Of a stretch of 64,000 bases of DNA, positions 39,478 to 51,698 are shown one piece after another. A program made the position numbers and the translations under genes. The DNA comes from Paraphysomonas bandaiensis (Eukaryota; Protista; Chrysophyceae). The stretch is taken from contig CBFFRP010000123.1 in assembly GCA_965644295.1 (NCBI GenBank), positions 186,001 to 250,000 on the forward strand, in the 5' to 3' direction. The notes under the pieces are model-generated. The model searched no databases, was not told the DNA's origin, and saw only the letters and a program-made list of their open reading frames with translations. How positions within the stretch are numbered: position 1 is the first letter of the stretch; each line of letters begins with the position of its first letter.

Positions 39478-41193
39478 ATGAATCATCTTCCTCCTATACC
39501 ATATATTGATGAGAATCAATCCTCTATAGTCTTTGATATGATCCATCGCTATCAATCAGGCTCTCCAGTCATACTAGCTCTTGATGTTGGGTGTGGTAAG
39601 ACACGCATGGCACTTGCATGTATACAACAACTTGCATACATATACAGTCAAGCTACATTCACTGTATTACTCATACTACCAACTACAATTAGATATCAAT
39701 GGATACATGAGATGAGAACCACCCATATGGCTACAGAGGATGCATACTGTATCTATCATGATAAGAATCGTACGCATAAACTAGATGCATTTCTTAACGG
39801 ATCAAATGCATCTATACGATATGTATTATCAACAGCTCAGACAGTACGAATAGATATTGAGTATTTATTATCTAAAAACTGGGATATTGTGATTATTGAT
39901 GAGGTGCATAAGTTACGTAATCATGAAACTGGCAGTGCTACAGCTATACGACGATTCCCTTGTAATAAGATCGGATTGACTGCTACACCTGTCGTTAATA
40001 AAGGATACGAAAATGTTTTGAGTATCTCATATCTTCTAAACGAAAGATGGGGTATAGATAATAAAGAACGATTTGGAGATCCCGCTACTTTAGACAGAGA
40101 ATCAAGAAGTGACACATTCTCTGTAAGTGAGCTTTCCAAGTGTGTGGTTGTTACACGTACTAAACAAGAGTTTGGTTTACGAACTTTGAGTCGAAAGTAT
40201 GAACACGTTTATGTTTCGTTTACTGATGAAGAACGTGAGCTCTACGAGCGTGTACTGGAAGAATGTAAGTATAAATACAAAATTTATTTGAGTCGTCGAG
40301 ACGATCTCTATCATTACGCAAGCGAAGAGAGACGTTGTCTTGCCAGACAGGCAATGACAGATTATCAGATAGCATTGAACAGTGTTCGACTGAGAGGTAT
40401 AGTGCCGCACCTTGAAAACGATAACTCAGATAACAGTCTTAGGAATGTGCCCCTTTCTTCAAAATTACGAAAAGCTGCAGCTATTATTGAAAAATTTCAC
40501 GCTGATAAGGAACCGTTGCTTGTGTTTTGTTATTTTAAAAATCCTCTACAGCTACTCTCGAACCATCTATTATTCTCTCATGAGATGGTAACCGGAAAAC
40601 AGAGTACAAAGCAAAGGCAGAATAGTATCCAGAGATTTGTATCGGGAGAATGCAATATATTGTTACTTACAACGGGGTGTGGAGGTATAGGCCTCAACTT
40701 AGAAAGAGCTAAGCACTGTTTATTTTTATGCGCTGAATCCAATTTTCAATACGAGGAACAGGCTATTGGGCGCATGGATCGTCGAACTCAGACGTCTGAA
40801 TCAATAACTGTTATGCGTATATGTGTCCCTGGCACTTACGATTGTATACGACATACGGTACATAAACGTCAAAGTGCTCAGCTAGACCAAGCATTACGTC
40901 GGAGATATAACAATGAATATCTAAATCAATTTCGTGTATATAACACGATATGCAGCTACTCGTTCCACAACCTGTACAACTTACAATGGCTTAAATTATT
41001 GCAGGGGGATATGAACGACGATACACTGTATGAAAGGATGTACCAAATTGAGAAGTTTTATTATCATACTCGAATTGATATCGATGGGCATGGGCAACAA
41101 GAAATAGAGTATCAAGAGGAAAATGAGAGTTATGATACCGTTTTAGACGACACCATGCTTTGGAATGCGTTTTTGGAAGACTTTAACCACTGA
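39478..41193 (+). CDS. Intronless compact SNF2-family (SF2) helicase/ATPase
   Basis: ALDVGCGKT, LLILPTTIRYQW, IIDEVHKLRN, GLTATPVVN, LLVFCYF, GGIGLNL, QAIGRMDR; an in-frame ATG at 39391 is an alternative start. Confidence 0.88.
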   Translation: MNHLPPIPYIDENQSSIVFDMIHRYQSGSPVILALDVGCGKTRMALACIQQLAYIYSQATFTVLLILPTTIRYQWIHEMRTTHMATEDAYCIYHDKNRTHKLDAFLNGSNASIRYVLSTAQTVRIDIEYLLSKNWDIVIIDEVHKLRNHETGSATAIRRFPCNKIGLTATPVVNKGYENVLSISYLLNERWGIDNKERFGDPATLDRESRSDTFSVSELSKCVVVTRTKQEFGLRTLSRKYEHVYVSFTDEERELYERVLEECKYKYKIYLSRRDDLYHYASEERRCLARQAMTDYQIALNSVRLRGIVPHLENDNSDNSLRNVPLSSKLRKAAAIIEKFHADKEPLLVFCYFKNPLQLLSNHLLFSHEMVTGKQSTKQRQNSIQRFVSGECNILLLTTGCGGIGLNLERAKHCLFLCAESNFQYEEQAIGRMDRRTQTSESITVMRICVPGTYDCIRHTVHKRQSAQLDQALRRRYNNEYLNQFRVYNTICSYSFHNLYNLQWLKLLQGDMNDDTLYERMYQIEKFYYHTRIDIDGHGQQEIEYQEENESYDTVLDDTMLWNAFLEDFNH

Positions 41194-42289
41194 TGAGAAC
41201 GACTAGAAAATCACAATGATTTCGGTGGTTATATATCATGTCGGCGCGCAAAAGTTCTCCCTGAGTAGTGTGATCGTGTGATCTATTGCACTACATAAGT
41301 TTTACACTATGGACTACGAGTAAACACGATAAATTTAATCGATATCAAAATTTTATGGTTTATGCGTTTATGGGCTTGTATTGTTGTAGAGTTCAGTGGG
41401 TGTTGTGTTGCTACCACGATATATTTGACTGAATTTGTATAATAGTAGTGTATGGATCTATAATAGTACTAATATGAAATTATGAAGCAGGGAATTGTCT
41501 TATCAACATTTTAAATAGCTGATACCACTGGATGCGAGATTTATATTGCTTGCTTGGTAGTTTCATTGTCTACATTTAATAACAGAGTGCTACGATTACT
41601 AGGGGTCTACAGAAAACCCGTGACTGACCCACCTCCCGCCTCACACCCAAACCCCACCGACCTTAATCCAGGGACCTTATCACTGCCCAGACCTCCACAG
41701 CGACGTCGTCTCCGGCAACTCTACTTTCTGTCCAGGTCTAAAAACTGCCCCATTCTGAGAGAGTGTTCACTAAGCTAAGTAACGTATAGATTATTAATAA
41801 AAATCTTAGCGTATTCTTTGTGTGTCAGCACCAAGAAAACTCTAGCTAGATCTACACTATACTTGCATAGCCTATATTATGAATTACGACAAACCCCGCG
41901 CATTCTAGGGGAGAGGGAGGGGGGGTGCCAATGCCACACTAGACCTACTATACTGAGTCATGCATGATCACGAGAATCCCCGCGTAATCTTTGTTAGGTA
42001 ATGATGGGAAGGTACACATGGTCCTACTAGAATCTGCGCGAATTACATATATAAAAGTCATGCATAGTTATAAAAGTCTCAGCAAAGGTTAACACAGGTG
42101 GTGGGGCAACAGAATCTGGTCGTGATCTATGTGGTCAGCTAAGTTGGCACACGGGTGGATGGGTAGTAGAATCAGTGCTATATCTCGGTGTTATAGGTGG
42201 GGCACCAGCCAGCCTGCACTATGGCCACGCCCTCGGAATGGGGCAAGTTTAACAGACCCTCAACCACTCACCACTCAACGCCTATACTC

Positions 42290-43130
42290 CCTCAACAAAG
42301 TCGGACTCGCATCTTTTCGTGGTGTTCTGGGGGATAAGTATCGGAGCGATTCTCTCTGGGAAACTAACGTGAGCCGTAAACATATTCTGCAGATATTGTT
42401 CTGCCCACTCATAGCCGAATGATTGTGTGATACAAGGAACATCAATAATACTTGTGTAAACGTCTTTCGGCCCTGACGTATAAACAGGCATCTGGGAATG
42501 GCCGCACATCAAGGCCATCCGGGGTATTGGGCTGCCCACAGAAGTATTCCGGATGTTTACCCTAAGGACTCAAAAATACTGTGGACAGCTGATGTCAGGT
42601 ATTTCAACATTAAGCTTGTTCTCTGTTGGAATACGTATGGTTCTCTAAGATAATACTGTAGAATACGTTAAATACAATGTGAAAAACAGTAATACGTAGT
42701 CAATAGTCAAAGGTGCTATATAGCTATAACTGTGAAACTGAAGTATTATATCATGACGATTCAAGATACGGAAGTTGAGCAGTGGTTGACATGAACGAAA
42801 TAATTTATCATGTTGTTGACATGTGTTACATGACAACACACACAATTGTGTATACAATTATAATAAATAATCTATCTAGTTTGACTAACTTAAACTTCTC
42901 TTGAAACGATCTTAATCATCTGAAAATGGTCAATTGTCAATATTCTCGGCGTTTGCTTTGAGTGCTAGAGCGGACACAAAAGCAGCTTCCGTAGCGTTAT
43001 TTAGTAGGATAATAGGTTTGTACTAGTTAGTTACAGGTAGGCGACTATCTAGCATGACTAGTTTTCATCTAGCTACTAAGGTGGTGCAGATTCTTTACGC
43101 CTATTGCTAATAATTAGACGTTCAATATAG
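42290..43130 (+). mobile_element. Family A copy interrupted by a solo LTR
   Basis: Matches 1950-2280, then resumes after 42947 with GCGTTTGCTTTGAGTG and the family A 3' end. Confidence 0.75.
42624..42942 (+). mobile_element. Solo LTR, 319 bp, with 5 bp TSD TTCTC
   Basis: TGTTGG...TCAATA ends; TTCTC at 42619-42623 and 42943-42947; same length as LTR 37612-37930. Confidence 0.82.
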
Positions 43131-43485
43131 TTTAACAGAGGGTAGCTTGTTATTTGGTGTATAGTTGGACAAGATTAGCAGTAGCTATACAACTTCAGAT
43201 ATAATTAAGTCAGTCGATTATTTGGCTACATTTACCAAAGTTGATAATAGGAATTATCATTTCAAAACCAATTACTTTAATAGGCAGTTACACAAGCCCG
43301 CTACCCACTACACATAGACAATAATATGCTTACTCATTCTCTATGTTCATGCTTGCAAAAAGTACCTAAATATTGAATTTTAAAGCTGAAATGATTAAAC
43401 TTTTCCTACTTAAAAATTGACTACACTAAATAATTTACTACATTTGTATGTCGGCATTGTTAGCACGACATCTAACAAATGACAG

Positions 43486-44061
43486 TTACGTATACAAATG
43501 CATGTGCAGGTAGTTGCCCGCGAAAGACGAGCCATTCATCTCAAATACTGCTTTCTCAGCATCACTACGACTTTGGAAATATATCAGAAACGATGATAAT
43601 GCGTTATCGGACGACACTTTCACGACTCCTTTCTTGAGAGGGTAATTCTCAAAAACGTAGTGTAGTTCTTCTGCTCCCGCACCGACAGGAACATCATAAA
43701 CAAGAACCGTTGCAGAATCAATTCCAAATTTTGAAGCTGTATTTAAACTATTTATATGGTTTTGATTTTTAGTGATAATGTTTTTAGAGTATATTCTGGT
43801 CATAGCATTCTGTTTCAGTTTCTCAATCGAGTTCTGCACTGCTGTGAACTCATTCTTATCAGTTGTTTTATAGATCCATTTCCCTGTTGGTATTAATGAT
43901 GGATTAAGTATCATATCTAATTTATTGGGTGATAATATATCCGAGCCGATAGTTGTAACCACATCACGTCGAGAGCTGAATACATGAAATCCATTCACTT
44001 CTAAGAGATATGAAGGGACTTGAGGTGCTTTACGCATGTGTTTGGATACGAATTTAGACAT
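43486..44061 (-). CDS. Small intronless protein with a C-terminal RRM-like domain
   Basis: TVLVYDVP...EELHYVF...FLIYFQSRSDAEKAVFEMNG. Confidence 0.75.
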   Translation of the reverse strand: MSKFVSKHMRKAPQVPSYLLEVNGFHVFSSRRDVVTTIGSDILSPNKLDMILNPSLIPTGKWIYKTTDKNEFTAVQNSIEKLKQNAMTRIYSKNIITKNQNHINSLNTASKFGIDSATVLVYDVPVGAGAEELHYVFENYPLKKGVVKVSSDNALSSFLIYFQSRSDAEKAVFEMNGSSFAGNYLHMHLYT

Positions 44062-44537
44062 GTTTGATTGTATTTATATGTTTATAGAGGAGTGAAGGTG
44101 TATATATGCATAATCTACTGAACACTGTGTGCTATATGGACGTGTGCTGTGTATGTATATGTATATACATCTCTATATGGAGGCATATACAGCAGTGTGT
44201 AATGTATGGCAATGTATGTAATGTATGGGATGGATGGGTGTATGGTAATGTATGGAGAGACCAGTATGTATATATATATGACTGTAATGGACGGCTGGTG
44301 GTGATAGAACTCGAGAATACTGGAATACGAGATGTATTCCTTCTAAATACAAGATCCTGTCTGCTTGTATGCATGTTGGATGCAACACCGGAACACTCTG
44401 CTGTACTGACTTCGTTTACTATGTACCATGAAGGGTTACTATAGTGTATATTTACATACCTAAGTAACTTAAAGAAGTAGAAAAAGTGTGTATATAATAA
44501 CGAATCATATATCATACTCTTCATCTTATTGGATCAA

Positions 44538-45437
44538 ATGTCTTTAATATGTTCATTACAATCTCAACAATATTCCTATCTAACTATCTGGATGATACTA
44601 TCACTCCTCTCCACTATCTCACTATTACTCATGAGTAGTATAGTGTTCTATTATTTATATTACAAGCCTACTTATAGTTTATGGCAATATAAAATCAATC
44701 CATCTTATCCGACTCCTTATAAAATACAACAAGAAATTATTACAATGTTACATGGTGTGATATTTTCAACGATATGTCCAGCATTATCCATATACTTCTA
44801 TCATCATAATATAGGTTGGGGTTATTGTGGTATACAGCCATATGGTTATATCTGGCTATTCATCTCATGCATCATTACATGGATATTGAGTGATATGTAT
44901 GAATTCTTATATCACTATCTTGGACATACAGTAACTGTCATGTGGCGGTTGCATAAGGGACATCATAGTTTCTATAATCCCACTCCATTTGCTGTCATTG
45001 CAGATAATCCAATCGATCAGTTCTTTAGAGCTGCTCCATTATGTATATTTCCATTACTCTTCCCTGTCAATCTGGATATGATATTTACAATGTTTTCTTT
45101 GTTTTTCTTTCTCAATGGTCTCATTCAGCATTCTGGATATGAGATTTCATTTATTGATGGTCATAGTAAGTGGATTTTGACTTCATATCACCACTATTTG
45201 CATCACGCAAAGTCTACAATTTTTCGACCTATCTACAATGGCCAGCTGTTGCAAGTATGGGATCAATTGCTTGGTGCCACCTACTCTGGAGCATGTCTCT
45301 GTAGTCGTTGTGCAAGACAAAGTGGTGAACGTAGCATTGATAAATGGAATAAGACACAGAAGCCAGACTACTCAGTACTATTAAGTATGTCGTTTTGGCT
45401 AACCTCTTATCGCTCTTCAGCGAAAAGCATCGACTGA
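44538..45437 (+). CDS. Sterol desaturase / fatty acid hydroxylase superfamily (C5-desaturase-like), intronless
   Basis: His boxes HYLGH, HKGHH, HHYLHH; PTPFA motif; TM segments; NGQLLQVWD. Confidence 0.9.
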   Translation: MSLICSLQSQQYSYLTIWMILSLLSTISLLLMSSIVFYYLYYKPTYSLWQYKINPSYPTPYKIQQEIITMLHGVIFSTICPALSIYFYHHNIGWGYCGIQPYGYIWLFISCIITWILSDMYEFLYHYLGHTVTVMWRLHKGHHSFYNPTPFAVIADNPIDQFFRAAPLCIFPLLFPVNLDMIFTMFSLFFFLNGLIQHSGYEISFIDGHSKWILTSYHHYLHHAKSTIFRPIYNGQLLQVWDQLLGATYSGACLCSRCARQSGERSIDKWNKTQKPDYSVLLSMSFWLTSYRSSAKSID

Positions 45438-45586
45438 ATATGTATTGAAGTTGTCAAATTCTCTCATGTTATACTGGGGTAAATACTACTTATAACCTTA
45501 ATATGTATATATCTGCCGACAATTCATTCATTGGATTCTATCACTGCAACTACTATTTCTCCGGAACTCATAAATTTCCCTAGAGA

Positions 45587-45904
45587 TGTACTTACGTATG
45601 GTTCTCTAAGATAGTACTGTAGAATACGTTAAATACTATGTGAAAATAGAAAATAGTAATACGTAGTCAATAGTCAAAGGTGCTATATAGCTATAACTGT
45701 GCAACTGAAGTATTATATCATGACGATTCAAGATACGGAAGTTGAGCAGTGGTTGATATGAATAGAATAAATTATCATGTTGTTGACATGTGTTACATGA
45801 CAACACACACAATTGTGTATACAATTATAATAAATAGTCTATCCAGTTTAATAACAGTAAACTTTTCTCAACGATCTTAATTGTTAAAATGACCAATAGT
45901 CAAT
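45587..45904 (+). mobile_element. Second copy of the solo LTR at 42624
   Basis: High identity to 42632-42940 by eye; ends eroded, no TSD seen. Confidence 0.8.
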
Positions 45905-46462
45905 GCTTAGTAATTAGAAGTGAAAACAATAAGCAAAAGCGCTTTAATACTATTTCAACGATAATGACAGAATTTATTTAGTAACTGACCAGAGATTTTT
46001 TATTCTACCTAGTCAATTTAAATTTCCTAGTCATACTATTTTCGACTAAAACGCATTGAAACGTTTAAGCTTTGTGCTTACTGTTCAGTTCCCACAATCA
46101 TATATGAAGCCAACATATAGTAAACGGCGATTTTAGTTACAAAGGAAGTAAATTCAGGTTCTCATGTATGTGAGTAAAATATATTTCTCGGAGTTAAGAT
46201 TGTGAAATAAAGCAAGTTTACGTGTAAATGACGGCGAAATTTCAATTGTAACAACAGCAGATACTGCATGGCGTAATACTACATAATAGACTTCCACAAC
46301 CACTATAAGCCACGAAGTTTTCAAGTAATAATTGTTAGTTCCCTTAACACTTCCAGATACATAGCCCAAAGTTGGCCAAATGCATGAAGGCAACTTGATA
46401 TTGTCATGTAAACTACAGTTTCTACTTGTGTATATGATCAACTTCACAACTCCTAGATAGAT

Positions 46463-49400
46463 CTAATACATTCTATCTTCTGTAACATTCTTGCGTAGAC
46501 CTCGCTTGCCTTTTTGCACGGTTACTGTAAACATTGAAACCAGCAAATGCACAACTCGGTATATTCCCATGTTTAGAAGCATGATGCGTAAACAGTACCA
46601 CTTCGTCTTGCCGCCCCACCCGAATATGCTTAGGTAGTTGTCCCACAATGAAAATCCCGTCGGTGTGACAGGAAAAATATCATCATTAGTACCAAATTCA
46701 TTGATAACGATTCCCTGTGCCATCCAGCGAATAACTGACACACTTGGTAGCCACGGTTGCATCCAATTCGGAAGAGTATCAGGTTTAAAAATCATCCCTG
46801 AGAACAAGAACAACATGATTGACATGCCAGGGATAAAACTGTAGGCGTGTCGTATGTCTGGGAGTATATGAACAATTGTCTCCACCAGAAAAGTAGCAGT
46901 CATGGCGGACAGCCAGGTCATTAAATAGAAGTACTCAGCAATTTCTGAAAAAATATCAGACGTTAAAAAATATATGATTCAACACGTACCTCCGTCCTGA
47001 AAGTCAATCCATTGGTGAACAATTACTGCGTAAATCATAGCTTGCCCACTTCTGATCCCGAGAAGAGGTAGGTCAGTAATTAACCAGTTGTGAAGAACAG
47101 AGTACAAGCCACGGTTGTGCTCCCGCAAGAACACCTGATAGCCACACTCAGAGTACTGTAATTCAAAACAAGTATAATCCTACCTTGTGATTATTGAATA
47201 AGAAGAAGACGTATTGGAGGGTAGCAAGAATGAGCATGAGGCAACCAAACACAGCAACAGGAGTCACAACATTCGCCTCAGGCCCTGCATCACCTACTAC
47301 AATACAGAAACTAATAGCCATACATATGTGTAATACGGTCGTCCCAATCAACATTTTTTCGCGCTTCATAATGGTGAAAAATGCTCTCTCCAAGAGAATG
47401 TACATCCGTACAAACTGCATTGAAATACTCATGTTTTTCACACTGTTCCAGAAACTCATAAAAGGAAGATATAAGCCCAAGAACATTCCCCCAAAGCAAC
47501 GCCCAGCCTGTGACTGAGGTCTGCGCGAATTACTTCCTTCATCTACAGACTGTGCAACTGAAAGTGAGGCCAACCTGTTTCCAGTTGAGCTACTGACGTC
47601 TTCGCTGATACCCTCCATTGTAACATTCCCATCACTGTCCTTTCTCGTGCGTACGCTTTGCTGGGCAAAAACCGGATTACCTACCTCAGACCCAATGGAG
47701 TTAGATAAGAAAGGGATTGCTCTGCTGAGGGTTTCATATCTTTCACAGTGGTCTGATCCTTTGTAAAAATTCTCGAGAACCGGAGCGTCTACATATTCCC
47801 CCTATTTCACATATAAGTTAACCAAATCATTATGGCAAAACAAAGCATCTCACTTTAACATTTTGTATCAAGCAGCCGGATACATCGTAAATGAAGTCAG
47901 CTGGATTGGCATACTCGTGACAATCGAACTGAAGAGTAGGGGACTCAATAAAAAAAGACACTGCGTCCTGCGCTTTGCCCATATACACAAGGCGCCCCTT
48001 CGAAAGCAGAAGCAGAGTATCGCAGAGTCCAAAAACAGCCGCTGAAGGCTGCATGACAGATACAATACAATCGTTATACACATATCGCCAGTATACACTT
48101 ATTGCTCTCATTACCTGGTGCATAGTTGCAACCACAGTACGGTCCTGGTTCACAAGTTCTCGAATTGCTCCCGTCATAATAACAGACGCATCTCTTTCGT
48201 CCAGTCCGGTAATTGGTTCGTCCAGCATAATGAGGTTAGGACCATGCACAATTTCCTCTGCAATCGTCAAGCGACGGAGTTGGCCTTTGGTTAACAACTT
48301 AGTTCTTGTTCCACAAACACTTCAAAAAGAAACATTAAAACGAAAAATATATAACTACGATAACATACTCAGTTAAGTGTAACAGTTCCAAGGCGGACTG
48401 TACATTTGCATCAACAAACTTCATGCTGGCCACATCCAAACATCGGAGTTTCATGGAGTATGTAATAACTTCTTTAACAGAAAGATCTCGGAGGTGTTCG
48501 TCCAGAGACTCTACAAAGGCACATCGCTGCCAAGGTAACAACTGCTCATCCACAAGATTCTCGTCAAAAAATATTTGCCCTCCAATATTGGAAGCAGTGC
48601 CAACGTGCTGTCCACCCAGAATGTGTAACAAGGAAGACTTTCCTGCTCCCTCAGCCCCCATAATAACACTGAGCTTGCCCCAATCAAATTGTCCTGTCAT
48701 AGGGTGGAGAACGGTTTTGTAACCAAGAGGACTCCTTCGATCAGGTACACGATACGATAGCCGTCGGAAATTCACATTCGGCCCTCTTTCTGGGGCCTTC
48801 TCGGCATTGACATCCGTTTTGGACTGCTGTGAACTGTGCGACGTGAGTGCCCGCTTCGCGGTAATGGAAGTCTCCCGATTAAATAACTGCGGTTTCACTG
48901 GCTCACTATGTCGTTCTTCATATCTACGGTCAGTAGAGTCACGTACAGATTTCTGGCGGCTTCCTTGAACAGTCCGGTGAAGAGTCACTGGGCGAGGAAT
49001 CATCGCTAAAAATATTAGACAGAAGTCAAATATAAAGAAGTGAAGGAAGATGGGCCATATAGTTTCCTTATCGAAGTTCTGAAACTCGTACATTTTCAGA
49101 AAACGATCTCCGTCGGGATAATCTTTAAATTTCCACACCAGCGACGCCTCCAGAACCCAACGAATCGGATTTACTTGAGAAATATCGATGATATCATCTC
49201 TCATTAACGGAATTGGAAACATAAACCCCGACGTCAGAGTCATCATCATAACTGTAATCAAGAAAAAGTCACGAACAAGAATTTCTCGACGAATAATTGC
49301 TGCAAATGTGAAAGTAGTAGTAAGCCCCAAATAAGCCGACAAGACATGCACGCCTTCAATATACACATAGTTATCCAGACCAGAATTGAGACTAGACATC

Positions 49401-51077
49401 CAGTACACAATGTTGGAGAAGAGTAGTGCAAAAAACGTCACGAATATAACCTCTGCTAGTATGGTGGCAAGAACAAATCCCAGTGTCGGGCAGCATCGTG
49501 CGGCTCGCTCGTTCCGAAATGCGTTCAGTTTCTGACAGATGATGTGAACATTGATTATCTGTTGCCCGTACAAAATAAATGCCACGATAAACAGGCACGC
49601 TGCAAGGGTGGATACTTCATTGTATGGGAAGCCGATAAGTGACAAACAGTAGTCACCCCACTGGCCCATGTTCCACATAAAGTATCCCATGAAAAGGCCT
49701 AATCCCACTCCAGCTTTCAGCGACTTTTTAAGGACTTCGTACTCCTTCAGCTTTACATAAAAGGCACGCTCAAATATAATCCACGTTTTTCCAGCAAGTC
49801 TACGTTTCCAAGTGTCACGTAAAAATTGAGGGTAACCATACCCACTCACACTCTCCTTGGGGAGAACAGAATATACATCCTCGCCAAGCTCCGTGCGCTC
49901 AAAATAACGTGAGGACTCAAACTTTGATTGAAGTACGTCAGGCTGGATGGGGTATCGGGCAGCGCGTGGACGCTCCACACCGTCTGCAACGTCCATAAGG
50001 AAATCCACTACCTCCACTTCTTCGTTCATTACATAATCAAGAGGAGACACTGTGAAATACTCGGGGATGTCGCGGACAGATGAAGCATAGATAGACCGCC
50101 CTTGTGAAATAAGAACAACTTTGTGGAACTGATTGAAGACTTGTCCAGGGGGCTTTGCAAAGGAAGACACCACCGTATGGCCCTTTTCCGTGAACTTTAC
50201 CAGGCACTCCACTACCTTGTGAGCCACCAGAGCGTCTAAGTCAGAGATTGGGTCGTCAAAAATCAGCACAGGGGGTAAGTTGATAAGTTCGACAGCAATG
50301 CTCAAACGACGCAATTCCCCTCCGATACTTCCGCGCATTGTAGGACGCTCAGTGATAAGGCGATCTTTACACCATATCAACTCCATCATGTCAAGCATCT
50401 GCATTACACGCTGGTATACTCTGTTCCGTGCATCTCCGCCAGACTCATTGATACTCATACGCAAGCGGGCTGAATAAGTAAGCATCTCGAAGTATGTTAG
50501 ACCAGGGGTATACGCTTCATTTGCACTCTGTCAACAGTAAAAATTACATTGAGGAGTGCAATAAGTTACAAGAAGTTTACATACCCTGGACACAAAGGCG
50601 CTAGGTGAAGATTTTTCATCACTAATTCTTGATAGTCCATGTAGAAAAATATCGCCATCGAATTCACCATATAGACGACGACCAGCAAGCAGCTCCATGA
50701 TAGTGTTTCTTTCAGCTGGTTCTTTGGCAAGCACTGCAGTAAGTTGTCTGGGATCCGCTCGAAAAGAAACATTTTCAATTTTAGCGGACACTTCCTGTAA
50801 TGGATATGTTATGTTATATATATGCATGATATATATCACAATATCTATATAAATGTATGCATATATCACTATATATATCACTGTAAGCATATATACGCAC
50901 CGAATGGAATATATTTTCGAGGAATCTATTGGCTGATTCTGGTAAATTAGACACAGCTACCTCTCTAATTGATTGAGCCACTTGAGAGAGGGGTTTATAC
51001 CGTAAATTAACGACATCAACAGTGATACGGTCCTCTTTGCCGACCCCCTCATATGATGGAGTGGTATTGTTAATCAT
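46463..51077 (-). CDS. Full-size ABCG (PDR-like) transporter, NBD-TMD-NBD-TMD (multi-exon)
   Basis: NBD2 GAEGAGKS, LDEPITGLD, TMHQP; NBD1 GGELRRLSIAVEL; two ABC2-type membrane domains. Confidence 0.92.
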
Positions 51078-51384
51078 AACTGATACTTTAATTTATATAA
51101 AACATATCAACTATGAATAATTTATATATAGTGTAATATAAGGGGGGTTTAACTATGATGATGCTGTGCTGATATATCCTCTCTGCTGATGGCTGTGCCC
51201 TACATGCTACTTGATGTATATCATGTATGTATATTTACGTACTCTGTATGTATATCTGTATGGTAAACGTGCCCTACGACTCACATGCCTATCAACCATC
51301 AGTTCGTGGTATGCGGTAGGTATCATACCATACTATCATACAGCAGTACCAGTACATAACTCTACCATATGGTATACACCACTA

Positions 51385-51453
51385 CAGCGCACTCGCGATA
51401 TAACGCGATTAGAGCAAACAACATAGAAATCGCGTTATATCGCGAGTGCGCTG
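51385..51453. mobile_element. 69 bp Tc1/mariner(pogo)-like mini-MITE
   Basis: Perfect 26 bp TIR CAGCGCACTCGCGATATAACGCGATT with 17 bp spacer; TA on the left, TG on the right. Confidence 0.75.
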
Positions 51454-51698
51454 TGCTGCTGTACACCTCTTCCTTGTATACGGAAGTATACTCTCACGTA
51501 TTTCATTCCCTAACCGTATTTTTACGTAATGCTTACTTTAGTAGTGCGATGGCAGGTCCAGCAACTGTCCATCATTAAACACTAACGTTTTGGGGCATAA
51601 TATGGAAAAGGGAAAAGCGTGGCAATGGCTAAGAATAATTTCATCTAATATACTTCCGTTTTGATGTCATAATTTACACTTTATTAAAGTGATTCAAG

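Noticed and set aside
38747-39509. ORFs of YVCM/HTYI repeats
   Set aside because: Translations of the (CATA)n microsatellite
41906-41927. Polypurine tract followed by TG, as the PPT of an LTR element carrying the helicase
   Set aside because: The following sequence does not resemble the LTR upstream of the helicase; no matching repeat seen
42624-45904. Two intronless genes apparently captured between direct LTRs (cargo-carrying retroelement)
   Set aside because: The left LTR has its own TSD on both sides, is not followed by a PBS, and the host repeat resumes after it, so the LTRs look like independent solo insertions
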